Source: a phage. Taken from it: a stretch of DNA of 64,000 nt. The notes beneath the pieces are model-generated. The model did not search any database, was not told where the DNA came from, and worked only from the letters and a program-made list of their open reading frames with translations. The stretch's first letter is position 1; the number at the start of each line of letters is the position of its first letter. The stretch lies in NCBI GenBank assembly GCA_025611195.1, contig GCA_025611195.1_4718.1; one strand, 5' to 3'. A program made the position numbers and the translations under genes. This document shows positions 1 through 7,884 of this stretch, piece after piece.

Positions 1-3
1 GTA

Positions 4-1257
4 ATGCTTGAAGACACCGACAGAAACCCGGTCGATACCGTCGAACAGGCATTACATAGTTTCGCTCGCGTCTACCAGTCTGGTTTCCCGTTGGGTGAAA
101 CTAACCCAATGGATATCATCAACGCGTACGAACGAAGCTCGATTCGATTGAAGGTTGAGGGGAATAACCCACGCTTCCCGAAATTGAATACAGATGTCAG
201 CGTTGAGCAGCGTAACTATCAGTCTCCTGATAACGAATTGATGGATCGTTACCGCCGTGACCATTTCATGGGTTTGGGAGTTTCTCCAGAGATTATCGAT
301 ACTTCCTACCAATCTGAATTCGCGGCTTCTGTGATTACCGCCAACGCGATGCAAGAGAAGCAGTTCACGGTTTGTCGTGAGGTTATCACGAACGGCTTAA
401 CTGATCACATCAAGAAGTACACGGCTTACAGTCCTGTATTGTTGACGTCGCTACGAAACACGGTTCGTGCGAACATGTCTAAGCTCTCCCAAGCACAATT
501 GAAACAGCTTTTTGGTAGCGATTTCGAAAACGGCGTTATTCGTAACGTTAATGCTTATCAGGAGATCGACGACCAGTCAGCAACAATGGACCTGGATTAT
601 TCTAAACCGGAAGTTCAGGAAGTTATTGCCGATGCTTATGTATCCATGTTCTTAAACAGTCTGCAGGTGCGTTTACCGAACAGCAATGCTCGCCGCCTTG
701 AAGATCAGGTACGTGAATATAATCAGTACAAGGAAGCGATTACAGCGCAACTTGATGATTATTTAACCCCTGATTACGTCATGGGTCTGGGTGGGGTTGA
801 TGAAACAACACTGCAGATGATCCGCGCATGCATTATTGGTACCGCGATGCGTACGTGGGCAAAAGAGAACAACTTCAATCAGGAGCTGGCTGATCTCTTC
901 AGTCTTGACGATAAGAAGAATGCCGTGCAAGATTGGAAACGTGCATCCATGGAGCATATTGAAATCATGGGTAAATGCATGGGTGATTTTGCATTGTATA
1001 TTCAGAATCTGACGAAGAAGATTGAAGAGAAGATGGGGGATCAAGCACAGGACGGCAGCGTTTCATCTGATGGTTCTTGGTCGTCTGATTCAAGTAGTGA
1101 TACCGGTTCTTCTGATGACTTTGGTGGTGATGATTTCGGGGATACCGATTTCGATACCGAAACGATGGAGGAAACCTCAACAGAGGAGACAACCACGTCT
1201 GAGGATACGACTACCGACACAACGTCAGAAGACGAGACTTCAGGTGATATTGTCTAA
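4..1257 (+). CDS. hypothetical protein with acidic Ser/Asp/Thr-rich C-terminal tail; ORF is open to the window edge so the true start may lie upstream
   Basis: 417-codon ORF; last ~70 aa low complexity (SSDGSWSSDSSSDTGSSDDFGGDDFGDTDFDTE...); hairpin 1289-1323 follows stop. Confidence 0.6.
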   Translation: MLEDTDRNPVDTVEQALHSFARVYQSGFPLGETNPMDIINAYERSSIRLKVEGNNPRFPKLNTDVSVEQRNYQSPDNELMDRYRRDHFMGLGVSPEIIDTSYQSEFAASVITANAMQEKQFTVCREVITNGLTDHIKKYTAYSPVLLTSLRNTVRANMSKLSQAQLKQLFGSDFENGVIRNVNAYQEIDDQSATMDLDYSKPEVQEVIADAYVSMFLNSLQVRLPNSNARRLEDQVREYNQYKEAITAQLDDYLTPDYVMGLGGVDETTLQMIRACIIGTAMRTWAKENNFNQELADLFSLDDKKNAVQDWKRASMEHIEIMGKCMGDFALYIQNLTKKIEEKMGDQAQDGSVSSDGSWSSDSSSDTGSSDDFGGDDFGDTDFDTETMEETSTEETTTSEDTTTDTTSEDETSGDIV

Positions 1258-1288
1258 ACGGATGTAAAAAAAAATAACACATAGTTAA

Positions 1289-1323
1289 CCTTCTCCCCAA
1301 CCCGATGAGGGAAGGGGAGAAGG
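1289..1323. terminator. palindromic hairpin element (CCTTCTCCCC-AACCC-loop-GGGAA-GGGGAGAAGG) between convergent genes; A-run on plus side gives a U-run on the minus transcript
   Basis: perfect inverted repeat read directly; member of conserved hairpin family. Confidence 0.55.
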
Positions 1324-1339
1324 GCTATGCGCTATTTAA

Positions 1340-1618
1340 TTATTTTCGAGAGGTTAACCACGATTCAATTGCGGTGAGGTTGCATTTCAGTTCACGCCAA
1401 CTAGGGTGTGGTGGGATCACAGCACCTTTGTCGATTACGGTTAGCTGAACCTGGTACTTCTGTTGCATACGCGCTACCGTATCGCTTACCGAGAGGAAAA
1501 GCTGGTAACGTTCGTACGCTGTCAGTTCGCGGTCCTGATAAACCGCGTAGGTGGCTAACGTAACTTCGCGTAAGTCCTTTGCGTCTACAGAGACGGTGAT
1601 GAGTTTATATTGACTCAT
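1340..1618 (-). CDS. hypothetical protein (92 aa)
   Basis: ORF between two hairpins, co-oriented with downstream genes. Confidence 0.5.
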   Translation of the reverse strand: MSQYKLITVSVDAKDLREVTLATYAVYQDRELTAYERYQLFLSVSDTVARMQQKYQVQLTVIDKGAVIPPHPSWRELKCNLTAIESWLTSRK

Positions 1619-1637
1619 ACGGTTTCCTTATCGACTA

Positions 1638-1660
1638 GGGTATTGCAAACTACAATACCC
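1638..1660 (-). terminator. stem-loop GGGTATTG-loop-CAATACCC downstream of the 852-aa gene
   Basis: 8-bp perfect inverted repeat in the intergenic gap 1619-1680. Confidence 0.4.
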
Positions 1661-1680
1661 GTCATCGGATGATAACTTAA

Positions 1681-4239
1681 TTACTGCTCTTCACGTTCCA
1701 ACAGATACTCGGAAGCGGTAATACCGTTTACCGTACGTACTGCTTTCAGACGAGTATCATCACTCAGAATCACGGTAACAGACTGCAGACCTTTTACTTT
1801 GGTCTCGAAGGTCTTGAATACCTGATCCAGCATACGAGCAATGCTTGGGTTGGTTGCAGCCGATGCGTGAGTGTAACCATTCTGGTTCAGCTTCAGAATC
1901 TTGGCGTTGGTTGGTACACGAAGAACAACATGCGGACGCATTGCGAACACACTGTGGTTAAACCAGTAAGCATCGTTACTATCTTCGTCGGTGACGATGT
2001 CTGGATTAACACGCATGTCTTCGGTAGCCGCGTCTGCCAAACGACGTTCGATTTCGTCAGCATCCAGAGAGCCGTCCTTCTCCAGTTCTGCACGATACTC
2101 ACTCATGGCAACCAGATGACGTTCACGATTCGCTGCAGATTTTTCGTGAGCGGCTTTCAGGTAGTCATGCATGTTGTACAGTTCTGCTATGGAAAGACGA
2201 ATGTTCCACTGACCTTCGCCGTCACGATTGCAGTAGAGACACTTCAGCATGTTGACCCAGGTGTAGTAGCAATTGGAGAACTCATCTTCAATGAACTTTT
2301 GATCCATTTTAAGATCGTGAATCAGCCAACCGGACAGTTCTCCGATATCATCAACGAAGCTAGAGATGGTGGTTTCAGAGAAGTTCTTCGGTACGATACG
2401 TTTGATCAGCTTGTTAACGTCTTTGGTCATGCTATCGTTCAGGAAATGCCAAATACGCAGAGGGATGACGTCACGATACTGTTGCATGATCTGACGATAA
2501 GCTTTGATATCGTCGCTACGACCTTTATCAATAGACAACGCGTCCAGGAATTCATGGATAGCATCCAGCTCTTTGTCGGTATAGGTTCCCAGATAGGAAT
2601 TGACCGTGGCAAGGAATGCTAATGCGTCGTTTTGGTTGACGTCAGTGTTGGTCTGCTGAATGATCGCTACTGCAGCTTTGGTTTCAGCATCCTCAACGCT
2701 TGACGCTGCGATCGCGTCGGTAACAGTAAACAGTTTCATTTCGCGCTGTTCGCCGACAACGATCGGTTCACGTTGAATCGGTTTGTTAAGACTAACGCGA
2801 ACAACTTCTGCTTGCGCGATACGATCCAGTTTTACCATTTCCTGCTCTGCCATACGACGAGCGGTTGGATCTGATTCAAGTTCGATGTATTCCACTTCTT
2901 CCTCCGTGAGGGATGTAATGTCAACAATGGTTTCATGAAGAATTCCGTTTTCGTCGATACGTGCTCGACGAGCGAAGTGTCTGAAGTCATACAACGTTGG
3001 CCAGCGACAATTCGGCGCGTAGTCTTTGGCCTTCAAACGCATCTGCATAAATTCTTCATGTTGAACAACACGACCGTAACGCTTAGCATCTTCGGTCGCA
3101 TCAATTGGATTAACGGTCTTTGTTACCGTAGCGGAACGAGCCGTACGAATGGGTTCCGGTTTAGTCTGCACAGGTTCAGGTTGAACGGATTTCTGTTGTC
3201 CGGCCTTAACATGCCATTCGGGTTCTTCGTACCGTTCAGCAAATTGCTCGGCTGCTGCAAAGATATCATTGATGCCACCAATATCTCCTTCTGGGTTCGT
3301 CGAATATACCCGTGGTTGCGGTGCCTCATAACGCGGCGCTGCGGTAGCAGGTGCGTCATTAACGATAGGATCGTCATCACCAACATCGTACAAACGGTTG
3401 AACGCACAATCCTTCGAATCGATATACGATGGAGCTTGTGGTTGGATAACCGTCGGTCGAGGCTGTGCGCCGTATCCCGGCATTGTTGGAGCCATACCAC
3501 GCATAACTGCCGGGTTAGGTTGGTATTGTGGTTGTGGGTAGGTTCCACCATACGTGGGATATGCGGGCTGTTGCGGTTGACCGTACCCACCGCCAACCAT
3601 CGCATTTGCTTGCGGCCCACGGTAAGTCATCCCCAGTTGCATTACCTGCTGCTTCAGACCACGGGACTTCTGCGCTATTTGCGCTAGACTCCCACTTTTA
3701 TTTAGCTGCGTGTACTTATTCGCGGCTTCCGGGTTAATGCGCGATAATTCAATCGCACGATAATATTCCGGGTATTGATTGGCTTCAAAGAGCCAGGTTA
3801 CGAGGTGATACAGCGCAACTGTGCTCACAGCAGCAGAGACGATCTGGTCGTTGGACGCATTCTGCGGCATCGGGTTGATGTAAGAGAATACGTTCCAACA
3901 ACAGTCTTCAACAAGCGATTCCATCATCATATCGTTATTGGTGTAACGTGCGACGAACTCGGTTTGTATTTTATCCTGTTGGGCGAAGTCTTTCAGGACA
4001 TTGAAGACGGCTTGACGGATTTTGACGATCGTCGCTTCTTGGGTGATGAAGTTATAGTTCTGCTGATATGATGGTTGTTGGTACTGTGGTTGTTGATAGG
4101 TGTTATTCGGGTATGCGCCGTACGGTGGTTGCTGGTACTGTTGCTGGCGAACCTGCTCAGCCGCATAATTAATCGTGCTCGCATAAGGGTTTTCGCTGTA
4201 GCCCATTTGCTGATACATGTTGTTACTGCCATTATACAT
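1681..4239 (-). CDS. large hypothetical protein (852 aa) with Gln/Tyr/Pro-rich low-complexity regions
   Basis: long ORF; N-terminus MYNGSNNMYQQMGYSENPY...YQQPQYQQPSYQQNY and internal GGGYGQPQQPAYPTYGGTYPQPQYQPNP. Confidence 0.7.
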   Translation of the reverse strand: MYNGSNNMYQQMGYSENPYASTINYAAEQVRQQQYQQPPYGAYPNNTYQQPQYQQPSYQQNYNFITQEATIVKIRQAVFNVLKDFAQQDKIQTEFVARYTNNDMMMESLVEDCCWNVFSYINPMPQNASNDQIVSAAVSTVALYHLVTWLFEANQYPEYYRAIELSRINPEAANKYTQLNKSGSLAQIAQKSRGLKQQVMQLGMTYRGPQANAMVGGGYGQPQQPAYPTYGGTYPQPQYQPNPAVMRGMAPTMPGYGAQPRPTVIQPQAPSYIDSKDCAFNRLYDVGDDDPIVNDAPATAAPRYEAPQPRVYSTNPEGDIGGINDIFAAAEQFAERYEEPEWHVKAGQQKSVQPEPVQTKPEPIRTARSATVTKTVNPIDATEDAKRYGRVVQHEEFMQMRLKAKDYAPNCRWPTLYDFRHFARRARIDENGILHETIVDITSLTEEEVEYIELESDPTARRMAEQEMVKLDRIAQAEVVRVSLNKPIQREPIVVGEQREMKLFTVTDAIAASSVEDAETKAAVAIIQQTNTDVNQNDALAFLATVNSYLGTYTDKELDAIHEFLDALSIDKGRSDDIKAYRQIMQQYRDVIPLRIWHFLNDSMTKDVNKLIKRIVPKNFSETTISSFVDDIGELSGWLIHDLKMDQKFIEDEFSNCYYTWVNMLKCLYCNRDGEGQWNIRLSIAELYNMHDYLKAAHEKSAANRERHLVAMSEYRAELEKDGSLDADEIERRLADAATEDMRVNPDIVTDEDSNDAYWFNHSVFAMRPHVVLRVPTNAKILKLNQNGYTHASAATNPSIARMLDQVFKTFETKVKGLQSVTVILSDDTRLKAVRTVNGITASEYLLEREEQ

Positions 4240-4274
4240 TTCTTACGATCCTTTTTATTTTATTCGGTTATGTG

Positions 4275-6071
4275 TCAATCGATTATGTCACGATCGTTAA
4301 TTTCTACAATTTCTTCATCGAATCGACCGACGTCTTTCTTCAAGCCTGCATTTGTTGCTGCAACGTCATTTGCGATTTGTGGGGTAATGATTAACCGACC
4401 GCGTTCATCGATAGGTGCGTACATACTGAACTTCTGACGTCCGGTTGGTTCGGAGTGTGGAAGATTCAGATAGCTTGCGCAGAACGGGATGGAACCACTC
4501 ACCAAACGACTCTCGTCAGCCAACGCAGCACCGCCTGCATTTTGGCTCTGGAGAACAACATGCGTGCTCACTTTGAACAGCATGCAATCGCCCGGTGACT
4601 GAATCGATGTTGCCACTTTCTCACGCTTATCACGATTGCTCTGGATATTGAGAATCGCTTCCGTTGCAACTTGATTGCGCAACGCCTTCTGTACATCGCG
4701 ATTGGTCATCTCTTTACGGTTGTTCTGTCGTTTACCACGTTCCGTGGTTTTAAGATGGAACCCCAGTTTAAAGATGCTTTTACGCACATCCTCCATGACG
4801 TATTCCAACACCATCAATTCCTTACCGAACATCGTCGTGGTATCAACACGACTCATTTCGATAGTAACGTTGTCAATCAGATACGCCATAAATTCGTAGA
4901 AGTCGTCGCAAGGAATATTTTCCTGTTTGAACTTCTTCTGTTGAATTTCATCAACGTAAAGATCGAGACTGTCGATGTGGTGGTTTACATCACGCAACAA
5001 ACGCGCATCCGCATTGTTGTTATTAAAGATAATCAAACCGAGTAATGTACGCCAATGGTCTGGCGCATTAGCGAACTCTTCAACCGGATAGTCTTCCGGG
5101 AAACGATCGTAATAACGGTCGATGAGATATAAGAACGCGCCGACAAGGCCAAGAACAATACGTTCCGTACCTCCACGTCTTACAGCGATTTGAATATCGG
5201 GATGTTTATAACGTACAGCGTTAGCGCTACGGCTTTTACCGCTTTTGCTGATACTAAAGCCTTTAGGAATAACCCCCATGGTGCGATAGATTACCCATTG
5301 GTCGCGCGGAAAATCGCGTTCAGCAAGATTCCGTCCGGTGACGGCTTCGACGCCAGCAAAACGTCGGAAACATTCACCCACCCCATACTTCGCAAAGAGA
5401 TAGTGACCCAGTGTGGTTACGCTGGTGTGGTTGATGTTGTCACCGTTCACTTTACTTTGTTTGGTAAGATGATAGATTTGCGACCAGGGTAACGACAGGT
5501 AATGACGATAATCGATACCCGTTGGTGTATCATTGCTCAGGAACTGATACGGTGTACGTTTAACCGTGATTTTGTCACGCGGAAGCATGATGAACGCCAT
5601 GTCTTTCGTGTAACTGATTACAGGGTCAGCGAGCACTGCACTGAGAATGAAGTTCGCACCACGTAGACGCATTTTACCACCCTGACCTACCGCGGGCAAT
5701 AGGAGAGGATGTCGGATAATGCAGTAGTCCTTTCCTGGTTCGCGGCGGTCACCTGATTCCATCGCACCATACCAGCGGAATTCTAGCATCACCATAAACA
5801 CGTCGGAAGGTGCAAGGTCGAAGGTCAGCTTACCGCTATCCTTCCCTTTGGTTTTCTTTCCTCCGCTTAAGTAGTGGAACTGTTCGCGGGCCATACAACG
5901 ACGCAGGCCATGATACACCAGATCCTTAGGTAAACTATCTTTGCTGTTCCGCCAAAGACGATCAACATAGGACTCAACATCTTGCATCTTATCGACGACG
6001 ATGTTGCGTGCTATCTTCTCGTTCATCTTCGGTGCAAGCTCAGCGACAGCTTTGCAGAATCTAGGATCCAT
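4275..6071 (-). CDS. hypothetical protein (598 aa)
   Basis: long ORF tightly packed in minus-strand gene string; no motif recognised. Confidence 0.7.
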   Translation of the reverse strand: MDPRFCKAVAELAPKMNEKIARNIVVDKMQDVESYVDRLWRNSKDSLPKDLVYHGLRRCMAREQFHYLSGGKKTKGKDSGKLTFDLAPSDVFMVMLEFRWYGAMESGDRREPGKDYCIIRHPLLLPAVGQGGKMRLRGANFILSAVLADPVISYTKDMAFIMLPRDKITVKRTPYQFLSNDTPTGIDYRHYLSLPWSQIYHLTKQSKVNGDNINHTSVTTLGHYLFAKYGVGECFRRFAGVEAVTGRNLAERDFPRDQWVIYRTMGVIPKGFSISKSGKSRSANAVRYKHPDIQIAVRRGGTERIVLGLVGAFLYLIDRYYDRFPEDYPVEEFANAPDHWRTLLGLIIFNNNNADARLLRDVNHHIDSLDLYVDEIQQKKFKQENIPCDDFYEFMAYLIDNVTIEMSRVDTTTMFGKELMVLEYVMEDVRKSIFKLGFHLKTTERGKRQNNRKEMTNRDVQKALRNQVATEAILNIQSNRDKREKVATSIQSPGDCMLFKVSTHVVLQSQNAGGAALADESRLVSGSIPFCASYLNLPHSEPTGRQKFSMYAPIDERGRLIITPQIANDVAATNAGLKKDVGRFDEEIVEINDRDIID

Positions 6072-6110
6072 TACTCACTCCTTTCAGAAAGTTGCTTAAG
6101 CAGATTAAAG

Positions 6111-7553
6111 TTACTTTTTCGATGACGTCTTCTCAAGAATCTTGAAAAAGGTCATACCTATACCGACAACGGCCGCAGTTATACTCGCAGCGGCTTTCCA
6201 AACATCGACGTTACGTTGACGTCGCGCTTCTTCCGCTTCACGTTGTCTTTTTGCCTCTTCATCACGTCGACGTATCTCAGCAGCAAACTCGTCGTGCTTA
6301 CGTTTGGCTTCTTCGTCTCGACGACGAAGTTCAGCGACGAATTCTTCATGTTTGCGTTTGGCCTCGTCATCACGACGTTTTAAATCAGCTTGATAATCTT
6401 CGTGTATTTGTCTACGTAGATCATCTTGACGTTTCATTTCGGCTTGGTGTTGTTCCATCCTACGTTTTGATTCGTCTCTAAGCTGATCGAGTTCGGCTTT
6501 GTGTTGTTCATCGCGCAGCTTTGCGTCGGCGCGATGCGCTTCGTGCATCTGTGCGATAACCGCCTTGTGTTCATCCGCCATACGCCGCATTTCAGCCATC
6601 ACCCCTTTAAGGGTTTCTTCTGATGACTTACGTTCATAGCTACGCTGGTCGAAATCATTTTTGTAGGCTTCTTTTTGGATGGGGTCGCGCCAATGCAATG
6701 CCGATTCACGTGTCGGAAAAACATTATACTTCCACATCTCTTTTTCCAAATCTTCGACCGGTACGAAGACGGAGTCGTTATTCCCGAAGGTAACCAACAT
6801 ACCTGGCGCGCCTGCTCCATTCGTTGGTTTTATTTCGAACGCTTTCCCCAGCACGTTAACCCATAGGCTATACGGATTATGAAAGTCGGGCGGCGTCCAA
6901 TGGATAGTGAGTTGCGTTCCGAGAATCCGGAAACCCTCTGTCTTTCCTGTCAAGCTCCGCGCACATGTTGCGATGTAGGGGTGATCAATCCCTTTCGTAA
7001 CATGGTCTGCGCTTTTGTATTCTCCTTTAACTTTTACGATTGCCACGTTGATTTGCGCGACATAAATAGGTTGATTAAAGTTCAACGTGTTGAGGTCAAT
7101 TTGACATATCTCATCCAGCGTATCGTACCAGTCTTGCTGGTCTAATAGACGCGGTATTTTCTCTGTGTTAACGGTGCGATGGATATGCGGTTTCCTTATC
7201 GCATAACCGGTGCCGTTTTTAACGCGGAGTATATCCCGACGTCTACCCGCGTAGACGAAGTTTCTGAATGCACCATTCGCATTAGATATGTCATGGCTGT
7301 CAACTATTACAGGACTACGAAATTTTGAACGTCGTACGATCCTGAATGTATTGCCGTCCTCAACTCTACCAGGAATGTACTGGAACATATTGTCGGAGGT
7401 GATAACCAACACGGTATGGCCGGATTCATTAATACATGCCCACCCTAATTCCAGGTCATACAACGGTTCAGCATAACCGTCAATGCGATATGCGTGCGTA
7501 CCATCCCACGGTTCGAACGCGGTATCACATATTGGCATGGAGGGCATCGTCAA
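6111..7553 (-). CDS. hypothetical protein (480 aa) with C-terminal charged coiled-coil repeats and C-terminal transmembrane anchor
   Basis: repeats RRRDEEAKRKHEEFVAEL / RRRDEEAKRKHDEFAAEI then hydrophobic WKAAASITAAVVGIGMTFFKIL at C-terminus; preceded by promoter-like motif 7695-7716. Confidence 0.7.
   Translation of the reverse strand: MTMPSMPICDTAFEPWDGTHAYRIDGYAEPLYDLELGWACINESGHTVLVITSDNMFQYIPGRVEDGNTFRIVRRSKFRSPVIVDSHDISNANGAFRNFVYAGRRRDILRVKNGTGYAIRKPHIHRTVNTEKIPRLLDQQDWYDTLDEICQIDLNTLNFNQPIYVAQINVAIVKVKGEYKSADHVTKGIDHPYIATCARSLTGKTEGFRILGTQLTIHWTPPDFHNPYSLWVNVLGKAFEIKPTNGAGAPGMLVTFGNNDSVFVPVEDLEKEMWKYNVFPTRESALHWRDPIQKEAYKNDFDQRSYERKSSEETLKGVMAEMRRMADEHKAVIAQMHEAHRADAKLRDEQHKAELDQLRDESKRRMEQHQAEMKRQDDLRRQIHEDYQADLKRRDDEAKRKHEEFVAELRRRDEEAKRKHDEFAAEIRRRDEEAKRQREAEEARRQRNVDVWKAAASITAAVVGIGMTFFKILEKTSSKK
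6205..6400 (-). repeat. in-frame tandem direct repeats (~54 bp unit, about 3 copies) encoding the charged coiled-coil segment of the 480-aa protein
   Basis: repeated DNA blocks ...cgtcgacgtatctcagcagcaaactcgtcgtgcttacgtttggc / ...cgtctcgacgacgaagttcagcgacgaattcttcatgtttgcgtttggc. Confidence 0.6.
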
Positions 7554-7694
7554 CCTCCATCAGATTGAAAACTATCACGCATAATGCATTTCCCTTTTCT
7601 TGTTCTTATCAAGCCGACAGCCGACGGTTTCAGCATCGTCCCTAGCGCGAGAACGACCTTACGTGTTGTCTATGCCTTATTAATCGCAGGCGTC

Positions 7695-7716
7695 TGTCAC
7701 CTAGGTAATGTAAGCG
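7695..7716 (-). promoter_or_regulatory. early-promoter-like motif (minus-strand reading CGCTTACATTACCTAGGTGACA), degenerate copy of the motif at 15865-15888 and 53555-53578
   Basis: shared core TAC/TATTACCTAGGTGA upstream of a minus-strand gene start and just downstream of a hairpin. Confidence 0.4.
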
Positions 7717-7755
7717 TCAAATTTTTTCTATTTATAACGATAAACGGCATAGAAA

Positions 7756-7785
7756 CCTCCCCCAACCCTTACGGGCTGAGGGAGG
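7756..7785 (-). terminator. palindromic hairpin element (CCTCCCCC-AACCC-TTAC-GGGCTGA-GGGAGG) downstream of the 740-aa gene
   Basis: inverted repeat; same AACCC...GGGAAGG-type architecture as the other copies. Confidence 0.5.
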
Positions 7786-7884
7786 CTGACTTATGTATCA
7801 CGGTGCCGGATGAATGTCCGGTGCAATGAAACCATCCGCAACGTTGTCGTCAAGAATATCATCCAACGAAGCAGCTACGGTAGT

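Noticed and set aside
4275-6071. Considered whether the 598-aa protein is an RNA polymerase beta subunit fragment because of its size and genomic context
   Set aside because: I could not find any conserved beta-subunit motif (for example GRHGNKG or GEMEVWAL-like segments), so it remains a hypothetical protein.
7727-7734. TATAAATA (T4-type late promoter consensus) on the minus strand upstream of gene 6111-7553
   Set aside because: Single occurrence, about 175 nt from the start codon, not repeated upstream of other genes; likely chance in AT-rich intergenic DNA.
7554-7884. tRNA or small RNA gene in the longer intergenic regions (7554-7884, 45632-45852, 54066-54280)
   Set aside because: No T-loop-like GTTCRAnnC motif with matching acceptor-stem complementarity was seen; these regions are better explained by hairpins and promoter-like motifs.
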